DNA from: Myxococcota bacterium
GTDB lineage: Bacteria > Myxococcota_A > UBA9042 > DTJE01
NCBI GenBank assembly: GCA_017994695.1
Contig: JAGOKF010000002.1
Location: 21,643-85,642 of the forward strand
Direction of reading: 5' to 3'
DNA: 64,000 bases
The notes under the pieces were generated by a model. It searched no databases. It saw nothing but the letters and a program-made list of their open reading frames with translations, and was not told the origin of the DNA. Numbering within the stretch: position 1 is the stretch's first letter; every line of letters starts with the position of its first letter. A program made the position numbers and the translations under genes. Below, piece by piece: positions 63,174-64,000 of the stretch.

Positions 63174-64000
63174 TCACTGGCAGGTGACCCGGACGCTGAC
63201 CCGGGCGCCCCAGACCACCTCGTCGTAGACCAGGTAGTAGGGACGGCCGGCCTCGGCGGTGAAGGTCACCTCCGCCCACCAGCCCCAGTCCCGGCCGATG
63301 CAGGTCACCGGATTGCAGGCGCCCGACAGGACGTAGGCCTCCACGTCGTCCTCCAGGTACGGATCCTCGACCCGGAAGGTCACCTGCCGCGTGGTGTCGC
63401 TGACGAAGCGCCAGACGGTGTCGTCGCCCGACATCGAGGACCCGCAGGCCCTGCCCGTCGCCTCGTTGCCGACGGCCATGTGGGACGTCAGCCGGAACCC
63501 GCAGGTCACCGTCGCGTCCACCTTCGCGCAGGTGTCCGGGGTGCAGGGAGGCAGCCAGGAGCAGTCGGAGTCCCCACAGTCGGTCGTGCCATCCAGGTCG
63601 TCGTCCCACCCGTCCCCGCAGAGGGTCTCCCGGTCCGGGCAGACCCCGCAGTCGGCGACGCAGGTGGCGCAGGTCTCCCGGGGGCGGGCGCAGTCGGCGT
63701 CCCCGCACCGGGGCCCGGGCTGGCACGATCCTCCGGCGCAGACGTCCCCCAGGGTCGCCGGGTCCCCGTCCTCGCAGGGAAGCGTATTGGGGACATGGCG
63801 GCAGGAGAATTCCACGCAGGAATCGTCGGTGCAGGGATTCCCGTCATCGCACATCGAGGCGTCCACACACTCGCACACGAGGGCCCCCGGAATGCACAGG
63901 CCCTCCCGGCAGAGATCGGGGTCGGTGCAGGGATCCCCGTCGGAACAGGGCGCCCCGTCGTCCAGGGGCATCCACCGGAGGGGGTCCACGTCCGGCCGGC
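63174..64000 (-). CDS. Secreted protein built from 'Myxococcus cysteine-rich repeat' units (CxDGNPCTDDxC); partial, 5' end lies outside the window
   Basis: Repeats such as 'CDDGNPCTDDSC', 'CSDGDPCTDPDLC' and 'CEDGDPATLGDVC'. The frame stays open up to the window edge. Confidence 0.6.
   Translation of the reverse strand, partial: RPDVDPLRWMPLDDGAPCSDGDPCTDPDLCREGLCIPGALVCECVDASMCDDGNPCTDDSCVEFSCRHVPNTLPCEDGDPATLGDVCAGGSCQPGPRCGDADCARPRETCATCVADCGVCPDRETLCGDGWDDDLDGTTDCGDSDCSWLPPCTPDTCAKVDATVTCGFRLTSHMAVGNEATGRACGSSMSGDDTVWRFVSDTTRQVTFRVEDPYLEDDVEAYVLSGACNPVTCIGRDWGWWAEVTFTAEAGRPYYLVYDEVVWGARVSVRVTCQ

Overview
This 64-kb window is a high-GC (roughly 70%) bacterial chromosomal segment. The lineage is most likely Myxococcota, based on a lipoprotein with an AgmX/PglI-type C-terminal domain, a DUF1566 lipoprotein, a protein built from the 'Myxococcus cysteine-rich repeat', and many FHA/sigma-54 signalling genes.

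Positions ~2990-22620 form one uninterrupted plus-strand ribosomal super-cluster: str (rpsL-rpsG-fusA), S10, spc (through secY-adk-infA-rpmJ), alpha (rpsM-rpsK-rpsD-rpoA-rplQ), then rpsB-tsf-pyrH-frr. It has many ATGA/GTGA start/stop overlaps and a near-consensus sigma70 promoter in front of rpsL. tuf, rplC (L3) and rpmD (L30) are absent from their canonical slots. Directly upstream lies an orphan pduS-pduT-like pair (an RnfC-family Fe-S flavoprotein plus a tandem-BMC shell protein).

The downstream accessory region contains:
- an AgmX-like lipoprotein, dnaB, and mutL-miaA;
- a DksA/TraR zinc-finger protein with a histone-H1-like (PAKA)n tail encoded by a DNA tandem repeat;
- speE, tRNA-Pro(TGG), and a CDF transporter;
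- a five-gene minus-strand operon (FHA/coiled-coil -> Ycf46-like AAA+ -> DUF1257 -> DUF2997 -> Arg-rich hypothetical), a candidate uncharacterised module;
- a TonB-like gene, a sigma-54 activator, and tatA-tatC (tatC carries a ~240-aa C-terminal extension);
- an endonuclease III-like gene and a signal-peptidase-like gene;
- a minus-strand operon (HExxH/TPR protein, MoxR, DUF58, BatA-like VWA), with a divergent stand-alone DUF4157 zincin;
- rseP, tsaB, MscS, and a GH84 lipoprotein;
- a translationally coupled gatE-gatD pair, the archaeal-type GatDE Glu-tRNA(Gln) amidotransferase, which is unexpected in a bacterium;
- dapA, a HEAT-repeat protein, and ffh.

No rRNA, CRISPR array or mobile element was recognised. 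All calls rest on by-eye motif recognition in the supplied translations plus hand-checked start/stop codons. No database search or structure computation was run.
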